A stretch of 63,763 bases of DNA, filler included, from Squatina squatina (lineage: Eukaryota): the NCBI GenBank assembly GCA_031763465.1. It is 4 parts of 4 records of this genome, joined end to end, with 100 filler letters (N's around TTAATTAATTAA, not from the genome) between each part and the next. Parts side by side here need not be neighbours in the genome. Positions count along the whole stretch, not along the records: positions 52,252 to 63,763 come from JARFOE010177862.1; 3 more parts are not named here. One strand, given 5' to 3'. This document shows positions 63,581-63,763 of this stretch, one piece after another. The notes beneath the pieces were generated by a model. It ran no database searches, was not told where the DNA came from, and saw only the letters and a program-made list of their open reading frames with translations. Numbering within the stretch: the first letter of the stretch is position 1; every line of letters begins with the position of its first letter. Made by a program: the position numbers and the translations under genes.

Positions 63581-63763
63581 CATAGACATAGACATAGAAA
63601 ATAGGTGCAGGAGTAGGCCATTAGGCCCTTCGAGGCTGCACCATCATTCACTATGATCATGGCTGATCATCCAACTCAATACCCTTTACCTGCTTTTTCT
63701 CCATACCCCCTGATCCCTTTAGCCACAAGGGCCACATCCAACTCCCTCTTAAATATAGCCAAT
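63581..63763 (-). mobile_element. CR1 LINE 3' UTR/tail, runs off window
   Basis: (CATAGA)3 tail followed by AATAGGTGCAGGAGTAGGCCATT..GCCCTTCGAG. Confidence 0.8.

Noticed and set aside
1-63763. CRISPR arrays, operons, prophage or other prokaryotic systems
   Set aside because: No regularly spaced direct repeats or dense intronless ORFs; the sequence is intron-rich vertebrate DNA.

Overview
Eukaryotic vertebrate genomic DNA from a fragmented draft assembly, most likely a cartilaginous fish (shark-type Deu-domain SINEs, CR1/L2 LINEs, Penelope-type ends, Harbinger MITEs). Three identical artificial spacers (44 N + TTAATTAATTAA + 44 N at 19563-19662, 36069-36168, 52152-52251) split the window into four blocks that need not be adjacent in the genome. 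Block A (1-19562) holds exons of FTCDNL1(-), C2orf69(+), TYW5(-) and MAIP1(+), in the same order and orientation as human 2q33. Block B (19663-36068) has no recognisable host exon but carries a decayed PIF/Harbinger transposase and motif-rich non-coding DNA. Block C (36169-52151) has one MBIP exon. Block D (52252-63763) is a pile-up of CR1 LINEs followed by unique DNA with three exon-like units that may belong to an unannotated gene. No convincing novel biological system is demonstrable from sequence alone. The best leads are the candidate spliced small-protein gene, an atypical non-LTR RT relic, a Penelope-type minimal hammerhead relic, and hairpin-rich Harbinger MITEs. Gene identifications rest on my recall of homologous proteins, not on a database search, and repeat boundaries are approximate.
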